A DNA stretch of 64,000 bases from a virus, in the IMG/VR virus record IMGVR_UViG_3300032242_001644, positions 1 to 64,000 of that record. The stretch is one strand, 5' to 3'. Both the position numbers and the translations under genes were made by a program. Shown piece by piece: positions 27,830 through 36,881 of this stretch; position 1 is the stretch's first letter; every line of letters begins with the position of its first letter. Under the pieces are notes generated by a model, which had not been told where the DNA came from, searched no databases, and saw only the letters and a program-made list of their open reading frames with translations.

Positions 27830-28989
27830 CCTACATTAGTTACTCCATCCGGAATTACTCGTTGTATAATGTCACCGTTGGGGCCAATAGATGGTATCAT
27901 TGTATATCCGGGAGTACTTGGTTCAGTTACTGCTTTGGCAGTAGCAGTGGTTGTATCTTGATTATCGTTTGTATTCTGGCTCTTAGGAAATACTGAGCCA
28001 ACTAGTCCGCCAACAATGCCAACTGCCCCGGCAATGCCAACGGGACTAGTTAAAATATTAATTGCTTCATTCTTAAGACCAGCACTGGTAAGATTTCTAA
28101 GATTAGTCATGGTGTTGACCGCAGTGACCGCAGTTGACAAGAATCCCAATGGACTGTTAAATGCTGTTCCGTCGGCAACACTACCAAACACTGATTCTAA
28201 TCCAGACAACACACCACCTTGACCAGTTAGTGTTGCAGTGCCGCCACCTGCCATACTTAATGGGCTTGGTAAGTTGTCATAATGTAATGTTGCAAATCCT
28301 TTAGGTGTTCCTTTCTTAACCGCGCCGCCGGAATAGATAACACTTTCGTAGGCAATGGTCATGGTATTTTCCATTGGTGTTTGTGAATCCGATTGACTAA
28401 CCTGGCCGTGTTGCCAGGCAGTGATCATTGGGTTAACTAGTGTGTAGCCAAGGAATCTACGCTGACTCATTGTATAGATGCTGATGCTTTTAAAGAATGG
28501 TACACTGACATCATTATCAAAACCGTTTCTATACATGTTTCCTAGATAAGGATTTGGAGAATAGGCATTTAGTGGGACATTACGATCTCTGTAATAATAG
28601 CCGTAGTACAGTGCCCACATGGCATTGGTTACACCTTCGGAATCATCATGCAAGGTAAGATTAATTGGGTCGTAGCTGATCATTTTCTGCACAACTTTTT
28701 TACGGTTATACTGATTTTTAGTAACAGTTTCAATTGTGAATTTAGGAAGGTCCGCAGTCTTGATCAACATTTCTGTTTCGCCAATGTGCTTGCCCTTGAA
28801 AGTTGGGCTTTGCATGGCCATGGGATCAATTTCAAATACCACATGGTAGGAGAATTTAGTGCGGGGAGCCAGTCTATAGTTACCATCGAGATACAGTCGT
28901 TCAGCATGACGCCAATCACCTAGTTGACCTTTGGGATTAGTGATGCCTTGTGCTACGCCGGTTAAAAATTTTGTAAATGGTGAGGCCAT
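27817..28989 (-). CDS. Tail-tube-fold baseplate or tube-initiator protein (gp54/gp48-like)
   Basis: N-terminal tube-like motifs (DLPKF, YDPINLTLHDD, TIAYE); adjacent to gp19. Confidence 0.6.
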   Translation of the reverse strand: MASPFTKFLTGVAQGITNPKGQLGDWRHAERLYLDGNYRLAPRTKFSYHVVFEIDPMAMQSPTFKGKHIGETEMLIKTADLPKFTIETVTKNQYNRKKVVQKMISYDPINLTLHDDSEGVTNAMWALYYGYYYRDRNVPLNAYSPNPYLGNMYRNGFDNDVSVPFFKSISIYTMSQRRFLGYTLVNPMITAWQHGQVSQSDSQTPMENTMTIAYESVIYSGGAVKKGTPKGFATLHYDNLPSPLSMAGGGTATLTGQGGVLSGLESVFGSVADGTAFNSPLGFLSTAVTAVNTMTNLRNLTSAGLKNEAINILTSPVGIAGAVGIVGGLVGSVFPKSQNTNDNQDTTTATAKAVTEPSTPGYTMIPSIGPNGDIIQRVIPDGVTNVGWYG

Positions 28990-29018
28990 TGATGTCTCCG
29001 ATACAATTATTTATTCAT

Positions 29019-29049
29019 AAAAAAACCCGAGTAAAAACTCGGGTTCTTG
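29019..29049 (-). terminator. Intrinsic terminator after tail tube gene
   Basis: AACCCGAG/CTCGGGTT stem plus U-tract; TAAATA follows at 29008-13. Confidence 0.8.
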
Positions 29050-29066
29050 CCAGAACATAAACGTTA

Positions 29067-29708
29067 TTAAATGTTACCGCCACCTGTAGTAGCTGTACCA
29101 AGTGTTCTTGCGCCGATTGTACGACCAATACCGTCAACAACACCACCTTTATATTGGATAGCGTTATCGTAGCGCAGTGTCAATGCAACTGTTGCTTCTT
29201 CGTTAGTTGCATAGTTTAGATCACCGTAGTCAGCGGCTTGAACAAAACAGCCATACATTTCAATTGTTTCTAAAATGTTTGGAGTCTGAGCACCGTTTCC
29301 GCCGTCCATCACTTCAATTTTAGTTGTAAACTTGTAATCTTGTCCAGATGCTGCACCAGCTTGCTCATAGAAGTCTAATTGCTTCTGTAGTTGCTCACCG
29401 ACTAGACGTTGAACGTTGCCTGAAGCATCATCACGTAGAGTAAGTGTCATTGCTTCCCATGTGTGCTTACCAGCCAAATAAACCTTGCTGTTGTAAACGT
29501 CTAGGGTGATTTCTTCAAACGCAACCTTAGGACGAGTTGCATCCTTAACCTGTTTTGTTAATTCTGTAGTAACTGTGCCATTGGCACCGAAACCTTGTAG
29601 AAGTACACGGAATCTGTACTTTAGTTTTGGCATTAACAAGCCTTGCGAGCTTGAGCTTGCGTCACTTGCTAATGGTACTGTAAATCTTGATAGTGTTGAA
29701 ATTGCCAT
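29067..29708 (-). CDS. gp19: Tail tube protein
   Basis: YRFRV, AGKHTWE, LTLRDD, GCF, LRYD; follows the sheath; SD GGAG. Confidence 0.88.
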   Translation of the reverse strand: MAISTLSRFTVPLASDASSSSQGLLMPKLKYRFRVLLQGFGANGTVTTELTKQVKDATRPKVAFEEITLDVYNSKVYLAGKHTWEAMTLTLRDDASGNVQRLVGEQLQKQLDFYEQAGAASGQDYKFTTKIEVMDGGNGAQTPNILETIEMYGCFVQAADYGDLNYATNEEATVALTLRYDNAIQYKGGVVDGIGRTIGARTLGTATTGGGNI

Positions 29709-29772
29709 ATTATTATGCTCCGGATATTGTATTTACCATTTAGGTAAAGTGAGGAATTACCCCCACTTTAAC

Positions 29773-32700
29773 TTATCCCTTTAGCTCTCCTGTATTCAAT
29801 AGACGTAATGGAATGTAGATGAATTCGATTGCTTTTACTGGCTCAATCGCAATGTCAAGATACAATTCATTTCTGTCAATTCTAGTTTTTGTGTTGTTAG
29901 TTTCATCACAAACTACAGCAAAGTCATAGATAGCACGTAGACCGACTAATTCAAGCAATAGTGATTCTGCTGCTTGTTTAATTTCGTCACGTGTAATCTT
30001 ATCGTTAGGTTCAAATACATACGGCTTAGCTAGTTTGTTCAACTGGCTACGTAGATATACAACCAAACGTGCTACATTGATACGATCTAAAGCACTTGCG
30101 TTTTTAGCACGAGTCTTCTGACCATAGTTAACTAGGCCAACACCGTTGAAGAATGTAATTGGGTTAACTTTAATATCATACAATGTATTACGTTGACCTT
30201 CGTTCAAGCTAACTTGTTGGAACTCACCGCTGGCTGCGTCGATATAACCAACTGCTGTTGCGTTGGTAATACCACCACGACGTGTTCCTGCTGGAGCAAA
30301 CCATGGATAGCTAACTTGGTCACTTAGCGTGATAGTTTTTAGCATCATGTGGCTAGCTGGAACAACAATATAGTTGCCGTAGTTGTCAGTTGTGTAACCG
30401 TTTGGATAAAATGCTGCGGTGTACTCGTCGTATGTAACGATACCCTTGTCATTGTTATCCAATGCACCTGCTGCGTTTCCGCCCCAGTTGGTTAGTGTTG
30501 TAGCATCTGCTTTTAAACGTAATGGTGTATCAGCAACTACAAAAGATGTCAACTTACGATCAATGTTCAAGTTAACTAGGTTGCTCATTAGCTCTGGATA
30601 ACCAGGGCAAGCAATCAAGTTGAACACACGTAGTTCTGTTTCACGGATATCGCTAGTAGTATCAACAGTGGCTTTCAATGCAGATACAACTGCCTTACGC
30701 TGTGCTAAACGACCAAATGTACCTGAGCCATCTTCGTTAGTACCGCTTTCACTAACCCAACGATCAGTCAGGTAAGCAGCTTGGCTTTCGTTGTTGAAGC
30801 GAACGTTATCAGCTGTACGGTCAACGTGACCACGTGCAAAACGTTTTACATTGAAACCGCTACGACGTAGGTTCCATAGCAACATACCTGCAGGGTATAG
30901 TGCTGGATCTGGTGCATCTGTATCTAAGAAATCACTAATTAGTAGATCCTTAATTGTTGATGCATGTACACTCTGACCGTTAGTATCCCAACGTGCATCG
31001 GCAAACAATACACCTTCTTCAGTTGTTTGGTCTGACTTGTCAAGTAAAACATATTTCTGTAGGTCACCGCTGTAACGATAGATAGTTGGATAGTTTTCTA
31101 GATCAGCTGTGCTAATCCATATGTCACCATCAACTAGCATAGTACCGTCACTTTGTGTAGTTGGCTTGCTGGCTGCAACTTGTGGACCTGCTGGGTCTGT
31201 GGAAGGGAATATGTTTTTATAACCTTTCCATGTTGTACCATTGTGAACCATAATGTCCACTTCTTCGATCATACTTGAATACCATAGTTGACCGTCTAGT
31301 GCTTCTTCTAATGGTGCGCTTGCTGCTGCAACATAGTCAGAACCTAGTGGCTTCCAATTACTTGCGATGAAATCATCACCTTCAGCAGCATATGCACCTG
31401 CAGGAGCCATGTATAAATTAGCTGTTGCAGTTAATGCATTTGATCCGTCAAATCCAATAAATCCAATGTCTAAAAACACATCGTCGGTATCAGCAATACG
31501 AATTTCACCACCTAAGATGTGCTTAATTTCAATTCGTCCGCCAACAACGTTTGCAGTGACATTGACTAAATTAGAATTTGTAAATGCTGTTGCAATAGTG
31601 TTTGCATCACGAGCATCGCCAAAGAATTCGCCAAATGTAACAGTTACTGGGCTTGACAATGCTGCTTGGCCTTTTAAACTTTCTCTAATAGTCACTTGAA
31701 GTCCGGCACCATGTGCTGACAATGTGCCTGTACCAATTATACCGGAAGTAACGGTAGTTGCTGCACCGGCATTAACACGCTTGAATAATTTAAATGATGC
31801 TGTTTGTGGAGTAGTATCATATCCTGTATCTTCTGTATAGTTGTACTGTGCAAATACAGTATTTGTAGGGATAGATAATCCACCAATTTTGTCTAATTCA
31901 AAGATAGCAGCTTGTGGGCTGGCCAATAATGGAGCTGATTGCTCAACCCATGCTAGTGTAGTACCATTCCAACGCTTGACTCTCCAACGTGCGCCTAGAT
32001 TAGGTTCAGTTGTTTTAATCCATACGCTACCTGTAGGACGGTTGTCGCTCGCTGCCTTGAATGGAGGAACACTAGTATGTGGAGACATTTGTAATACTGG
32101 GCACTTGTATGTGCCAGCTGTCATACCAATAGTTGCTAGTAGATTAGTTGGACTACCATCTGCTAATGTAATTGTACCATTATGTGCTTCGCCAGTTGTA
32201 AACAACTGTAGACGACCGTTAACACCTAATGCAGTAACACCCGTAATAGCTAGTGAGTTAATTTTGTTAACTAAACTTTGTAGTGTTGTACCTGGATTAC
32301 TTACCAGTGTACCGTTAATTGTACATGTTGCATCGTTAGCAACTGTTGCATTTGCAGTTCCTACGATTGTAGGGAATGCATTTGTCCACTCGTTGTCACC
32401 AACTAGAACCCACTTGTTGCTGATCACACCAGTGGATGGGTTTACAATACGCTTGTTATAGAATATTTTTGGTGTTGATGTATATGTAACAACTGCATAA
32501 TCGCCGGACATGCCAACGCTGGTCTTTGGAGCCCAACCGTAGTCTTGTGTATTTTCTAGCTTGTCAGCGTCGTCAACTGTTAATACAATTGGTTTTTCGT
32601 TCATAAACGACTGACCGCCATCAACTTTTGCGGCTCCATTCCACTCAAAAATACCATAAGTAGAATTAGTAGTGTCTAACCACCATTGTCCGTTTAATGG

Positions 32701-33087
32701 ATTTGATCCAGGTGCAGCAGATTTTGCTGCAAGGTCGTTTAAGTTTACGTTAGCACGTACAACCCATGCTGAATTTGTAACACCCATCAAGCTGTAGGCA
32801 GCTTGAAGTCCGTATTCGTTTTGTTCTCCGCCGTGTACTGGGCTTCCGCTTGCTGTACGAGAAAAAGTTGGAACACCAAAAAGATCTACTAGGTCTCGTT
32901 GGCTTGTAACTTTATATGCTTTACCAGCGTTGGCTTTTAATGTGCCCTGAGCAGTACCGGTACCGCTGGCGTTTGTTTTGTCTTGCGCTGTGGCCACTAT
33001 AATCAACGGAGTTGTTCCAGCTTCTGCTGGTGTATAAAAACTCTCGTCGACTACTGTAACTTGTACGCCTGGTGATGATAGTGCCAT
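29773..33087 (-). CDS. gp18: Tail sheath protein (enlarged, 1104 aa)
   Basis: SPGVQV N-terminus; PWFAPAG..RG, VNPI, GQKT, RINVARL, FEPND, EFIYI. Confidence 0.93.
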   Translation of the reverse strand: MALSSPGVQVTVVDESFYTPAEAGTTPLIIVATAQDKTNASGTGTAQGTLKANAGKAYKVTSQRDLVDLFGVPTFSRTASGSPVHGGEQNEYGLQAAYSLMGVTNSAWVVRANVNLNDLAAKSAAPGSNPLNGQWWLDTTNSTYGIFEWNGAAKVDGGQSFMNEKPIVLTVDDADKLENTQDYGWAPKTSVGMSGDYAVVTYTSTPKIFYNKRIVNPSTGVISNKWVLVGDNEWTNAFPTIVGTANATVANDATCTINGTLVSNPGTTLQSLVNKINSLAITGVTALGVNGRLQLFTTGEAHNGTITLADGSPTNLLATIGMTAGTYKCPVLQMSPHTSVPPFKAASDNRPTGSVWIKTTEPNLGARWRVKRWNGTTLAWVEQSAPLLASPQAAIFELDKIGGLSIPTNTVFAQYNYTEDTGYDTTPQTASFKLFKRVNAGAATTVTSGIIGTGTLSAHGAGLQVTIRESLKGQAALSSPVTVTFGEFFGDARDANTIATAFTNSNLVNVTANVVGGRIEIKHILGGEIRIADTDDVFLDIGFIGFDGSNALTATANLYMAPAGAYAAEGDDFIASNWKPLGSDYVAAASAPLEEALDGQLWYSSMIEEVDIMVHNGTTWKGYKNIFPSTDPAGPQVAASKPTTQSDGTMLVDGDIWISTADLENYPTIYRYSGDLQKYVLLDKSDQTTEEGVLFADARWDTNGQSVHASTIKDLLISDFLDTDAPDPALYPAGMLLWNLRRSGFNVKRFARGHVDRTADNVRFNNESQAAYLTDRWVSESGTNEDGSGTFGRLAQRKAVVSALKATVDTTSDIRETELRVFNLIACPGYPELMSNLVNLNIDRKLTSFVVADTPLRLKADATTLTNWGGNAAGALDNNDKGIVTYDEYTAAFYPNGYTTDNYGNYIVVPASHMMLKTITLSDQVSYPWFAPAGTRRGGITNATAVGYIDAASGEFQQVSLNEGQRNTLYDIKVNPITFFNGVGLVNYGQKTRAKNASALDRINVARLVVYLRSQLNKLAKPYVFEPNDKITRDEIKQAAESLLLELVGLRAIYDFAVVCDETNNTKTRIDRNELYLDIAIEPVKAIEFIYIPLRLLNTGELKG

Positions 33088-33200
33088 TCGTGTATTCTCC
33101 TAATGGTTTGAATCTTGTATAGATATTTAGTACCATTTGGCAAAAACACCCCGCAAAGGAAGCCTAAAAAGGGGCGCAAAAGGTCAGCTATAAATACATT

Positions 33201-33542
33201 ATGCGTCCATTATGTCCATGTTGCCAGAAAAGTCCTCGTGCTATTAATTACTACAAGGACAAAAAGGTATTTTATAGAAAGTTCTGCGAGAGCTGCGCAA
33301 AGAACGGGGGTAAGGACAAGGGTACACCACGCTGGTATCAGCTAGGATACCGTAAGAAAGATTTTTGTGAAAAATGCGGTTTTAAAAGCAAACACTCTGA
33401 ACAGTTTAACGTCTTGTTTGTAGACGGGGATCTTAACAACTGTAGGCCTATTAACTTAAAAACAGTATGCGCCAACTGTCAACGCATACTGCAAAAAGAA
33501 GGTGTTAAGTGGCGGCAGGGCGATCTATTACCAGATTTTTAA
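33201..33542 (+). CDS. Zn-ribbon plus degenerate HNH protein
   Basis: CxxC pairs; VDGDLNN...NL..VCANC without the catalytic His; TATAAATA at 33189-96. Confidence 0.7.
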   Translation: MRPLCPCCQKSPRAINYYKDKKVFYRKFCESCAKNGGKDKGTPRWYQLGYRKKDFCEKCGFKSKHSEQFNVLFVDGDLNNCRPINLKTVCANCQRILQKEGVKWRQGDLLPDF

Positions 33543-34137
33543 CTGTGTTATACAGTGAGTCAATTGTTCTATTGTTGTCAATAATATGATCAAAGTCTGT
33601 TCCTGCCCAGGCTGTTTCACTAGCGTGTATACCTTCGTCTTTTAGCCACTGAATTGCCTTAGTATCACCCTTGTTGGCTTTACAGGCAATGTCATACCAG
33701 TGTGGTATTACACCACGCTGTACCCATATGATTTTCCCACCTTGTGCTTTGATAGCTCGAATTTCGTTAGGAAACCGACAGTCGCTAATGACCACATGAT
33801 CTTTACTGGTTCGGAGTTTGTTTTCTAGACTAGCAATCCAAATGTCATCATGGAAACCTTTACGACATACTTCTGTGCCCCAGAGTTGCAGCATTAATCG
33901 AGGAGTTAGTTCGGGCATGTTTAAACGAGATGCCCACCACGGATCTACTTGTTCACGCCACTCACGTGCTTCTTTAGTGCGACCTTCAAGTAGTGTTCTA
34001 TCCCAGCCGAACACTGCTGCCACTGCATCTTTAAGAGTTGATGCAAAACTTTCTCTGCGGAACTCGTGGAAATTTTGTAGGTAATCTGCTACAGTATCCT
34101 TGCCGCTACCAATAAAACCGCATACGCCTATGATCAT
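33505..34137 (-). CDS. gp1: Deoxynucleoside monophosphate kinase (T4 gp1-like)
   Basis: GFIGSGKDT, TPRLMLQLWGTE, ISDCRFPNE, HASE. Confidence 0.9.
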   Translation of the reverse strand: MIIGVCGFIGSGKDTVADYLQNFHEFRRESFASTLKDAVAAVFGWDRTLLEGRTKEAREWREQVDPWWASRLNMPELTPRLMLQLWGTEVCRKGFHDDIWIASLENKLRTSKDHVVISDCRFPNEIRAIKAQGGKIIWVQRGVIPHWYDIACKANKGDTKAIQWLKDEGIHASETAWAGTDFDHIIDNNRTIDSLYNTVKNLVIDRPAAT

Positions 34138-34156
34138 AATTGTCCTCTTTAGAACA

Positions 34157-34185
34157 AGTATAATACAGTTTTATTAAAAAGTCAA
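34157..34185 (-). promoter_or_regulatory. Sigma70-type promoter of dNMP kinase
   Basis: TTGACT-17 nt-TATACT; SD GAGGA downstream. Confidence 0.7.
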
Positions 34186-34191
34186 AGATTT

Positions 34192-34950
34192 TTAACCAAT
34201 AATCCAGCTATAGCCAATGCCGCCGGATGCCGATGTTGCTAATTCGATTGTTAATCGATCTATGTCAGCTTGGCCTTCGGCTTTCATTGCGGCACCGTTT
34301 AGACTAGTTCCGCCCTGTGGGCCAGCAATTTGACTGAACAATTCACGAGCTTGTCCAAGCATGATTTTACAATTAGCCAGTGTATAGTCTTTAATCCACT
34401 GTCCTGAATAGGTGTCGTTGATAATTGCAGCATCTGGTTTTATATTGTAGATCCATAGTAGAATCTCTTCGTCTGAACGCGGACGTTGTTGTATTACTAG
34501 TCTCTTGTTTTGTGGATTCCAAGTAAAATTAATAAACGATCCAAACATTCTACCTACTAGTTCTTGATACTGTGCAAACAATTCGTAGGTCAACAAGCCA
34601 CCCATATTTGTCGATGACAACAAATAGGTATTAGTGTAGGCTAGGTTAAACGGTTCAAATACTGTACCACCTTGTCCACCACCTGATCGTGAACCGATCG
34701 AACGTCGGAACAACTGTCGTACCTGTTGTATTTCTTTGGGCAGTATATATTCGTTCTGATCTACTTTCAGTGTTAAGAACGCATAGCTTTCTTCCACAGC
34801 ATTATCGCTACGCTGACGGAATACTGCAAGAGCACGATTAAGTGCTGTTTCATAATGTATAGGGTCTAGCTCTACATCGATCATGCCTTCACCTAGCATG
34901 GCTTTGCAGTAGTTAAACACTTCTTGTTTTGATGGATCAATTTGGCTCAT
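34192..34950 (-). CDS. gp13: Neck protein (gp13-like)
   Basis: LG...IDVEL, WIKDY..A..K, GPQGGTSLNG, C-terminal IG. Confidence 0.8.
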   Translation of the reverse strand: MSQIDPSKQEVFNYCKAMLGEGMIDVELDPIHYETALNRALAVFRQRSDNAVEESYAFLTLKVDQNEYILPKEIQQVRQLFRRSIGSRSGGGQGGTVFEPFNLAYTNTYLLSSTNMGGLLTYELFAQYQELVGRMFGSFINFTWNPQNKRLVIQQRPRSDEEILLWIYNIKPDAAIINDTYSGQWIKDYTLANCKIMLGQARELFSQIAGPQGGTSLNGAAMKAEGQADIDRLTIELATSASGGIGYSWIIG

Positions 34951-34955
34951 GCTAG

Positions 34956-34967
34956 TATTTATAAATA
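34956..34967. promoter_or_regulatory. Palindromic bidirectional late promoter TATTTATAAATA
   Basis: T4 late consensus TATAAATA on both strands between divergent gp13 and gp14. Confidence 0.75.
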
Positions 34968-34974
34968 TATGACT

Positions 34975-36339
34975 ATGCCAAGACTCAGTTTATACAAGCC
35001 CGAAAAGGGCAATAATTACAAATTTATCGATAAAACCGTTTGGTCAATGTTCCAAGTTGGTGGCACCGATGTGTTTGTTCACAAGTATTTAGGTTCAGGT
35101 GCGCCTGTTGCTGGTACTTCAAGTCCTACGATTCCGCAGTATGATGCATTGAATCCGTCAAATATTCAAGATTTGCTGTTCTTGGAAAATAGAGATCGTA
35201 CTTACGATACAAATATCTACCAGTTGCGTGGAGTGTACAATGTGCAAGATACTGATTTTAATCTAAGTCAATTTGGCTTATTCTTGCAAAACGACACAGT
35301 GTTTATCAGTTTTCACATTAACGATACTGTAGAAAAACTTGGTCGTAAAATTATAGCAGGCGATGTTATCGAACTGCCGCATTTGAAAGACGAATATGCT
35401 CTTAACGATCTAACATTTACTCTAAAACGTTTCTATGTTGTTCAAGAAGTAAACAGAGCCAGCGAAGGATTTTCAGCAACTTGGTATCCACACCTATATC
35501 GTGCCAAGTGTACACCAATGGTTGACAGTCAAGAATTTAAACAGATCCTTGATGCTGCTGCGGATACTGCAAATGATCGAGGAGTGTGGGCAGAAAATAC
35601 CACTTACTATCCCGGTGATGTTGTTAAAGGTGCAGATGGACTATATTATAATGTCATTGCAGAAGTGACAAATATTTCGCCGCCTAACTCGACCTATTAT
35701 ACATTGGCCAACAGTCTACGTGATATTGTCAGTACTTACAAGAAAGAACTAGCAATCACACAGGCCGTATTAAACCAAGCAGAAGCAGATGCTCCAAAGA
35801 GTGGATTTGATGTTACTAAATTCTTTACACTCGCTGTTGATTCTGCAGGACACCCAGCACTGGTCACTGCCGATGAAGATACCATTGATGCCAGTACATT
35901 TACCATTAGTGGCGTAGATGGTGAGGCAACTACTGTAGATGCGTCAACTGTGCTGCAAACACCCACTAAAGAAGGATACGATAAAACGTATCTTATTGGC
36001 GACGGAGTTGCGCCAAACGGTGCTCCGTTTACCAGCGGTACAATATTTCCATCTGGTAATCCAGTTGAAGGACAATTCTGTTTACGCACTGACTTCTTCC
36101 CTAATAGACTATTCCGTTATTCAGGTAAGCGTTGGATCAAGTATGAAGATAATGTTAGAATGAACATGAGTAATATTGGCGCAGACGATGCTGCTGCTGG
36201 CATAACCACAGCCAACGGTATACGTCTTACACAGAAAAGTACGTTTGTTAATAATACAGCAACTGATAATATCAACGGACATATTATTAAAGAAAGACAA
36301 AGTCTTAGCAAGGCTCTTAGACCAAAGGCGGATGAATAA
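34975..36339 (+). CDS. gp14: Neck/head-closure protein (gp14-like) with extensions
   Basis: LSQFGLF and GDVIELP motifs, gp13/gp15 context. Start MPRLSLY at 34975 (or 34969); the track's TTG 34942 is unlikely. Confidence 0.7.
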   Translation: MPRLSLYKPEKGNNYKFIDKTVWSMFQVGGTDVFVHKYLGSGAPVAGTSSPTIPQYDALNPSNIQDLLFLENRDRTYDTNIYQLRGVYNVQDTDFNLSQFGLFLQNDTVFISFHINDTVEKLGRKIIAGDVIELPHLKDEYALNDLTFTLKRFYVVQEVNRASEGFSATWYPHLYRAKCTPMVDSQEFKQILDAAADTANDRGVWAENTTYYPGDVVKGADGLYYNVIAEVTNISPPNSTYYTLANSLRDIVSTYKKELAITQAVLNQAEADAPKSGFDVTKFFTLAVDSAGHPALVTADEDTIDASTFTISGVDGEATTVDASTVLQTPTKEGYDKTYLIGDGVAPNGAPFTSGTIFPSGNPVEGQFCLRTDFFPNRLFRYSGKRWIKYEDNVRMNMSNIGADDAAAGITTANGIRLTQKSTFVNNTATDNINGHIIKERQSLSKALRPKADE

Positions 36340-36866
36340 TGTATATCTATAAATTTACACATATAGAAAACGGCAAGTGCTACATTGGACAAACTATTCA
36401 AGATCCAAATCAACGTCGTCTAGAGCATATTGCAGATAGTCGATATACTGCTAAGACATACCATTTTCATAATGCTCTACGAAAATATGGCATAGATGCA
36501 TTTACATTCGATGTAATTGATTCTGCAACATCATTAGATGATTTAAATAAATTAGAAGAAAAGTATGTATTATTATTTGATTCGATTAACAATGGATATA
36601 ATATTCGAAATCCGGGCGACAATAAAACACATAATCCCGCTAGTATCGAACGTATGAGAGAATCTCAGCGTAATGCTCATGCTAGAAGAAAAACATTAGG
36701 TACAGATACGTGGACACGTAAAGACGGCGGCCCTATGAAGGGTAAGACGCAATCAACAAATACAAAAGAAAAGATGCGAATTGCGCACTTAGAAGCAACA
36801 CATTGTAGAGGAAAAACATGGAAATTAATAGATGGAAAACGTGTTTGGCTGGAGGCTTCGGTTTAA
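36339..36866 (+). mobile_element. Free-standing GIY-YIG homing endonuclease (Seg-like) with NUMOD3-like tail
   Basis: YIYK...YIGQT, R..EH, LE..Y, GYN; KGKTQS..TKEKMR. Confidence 0.88.
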
Positions 36867-36881
36867 CACCGTTGAAATATT

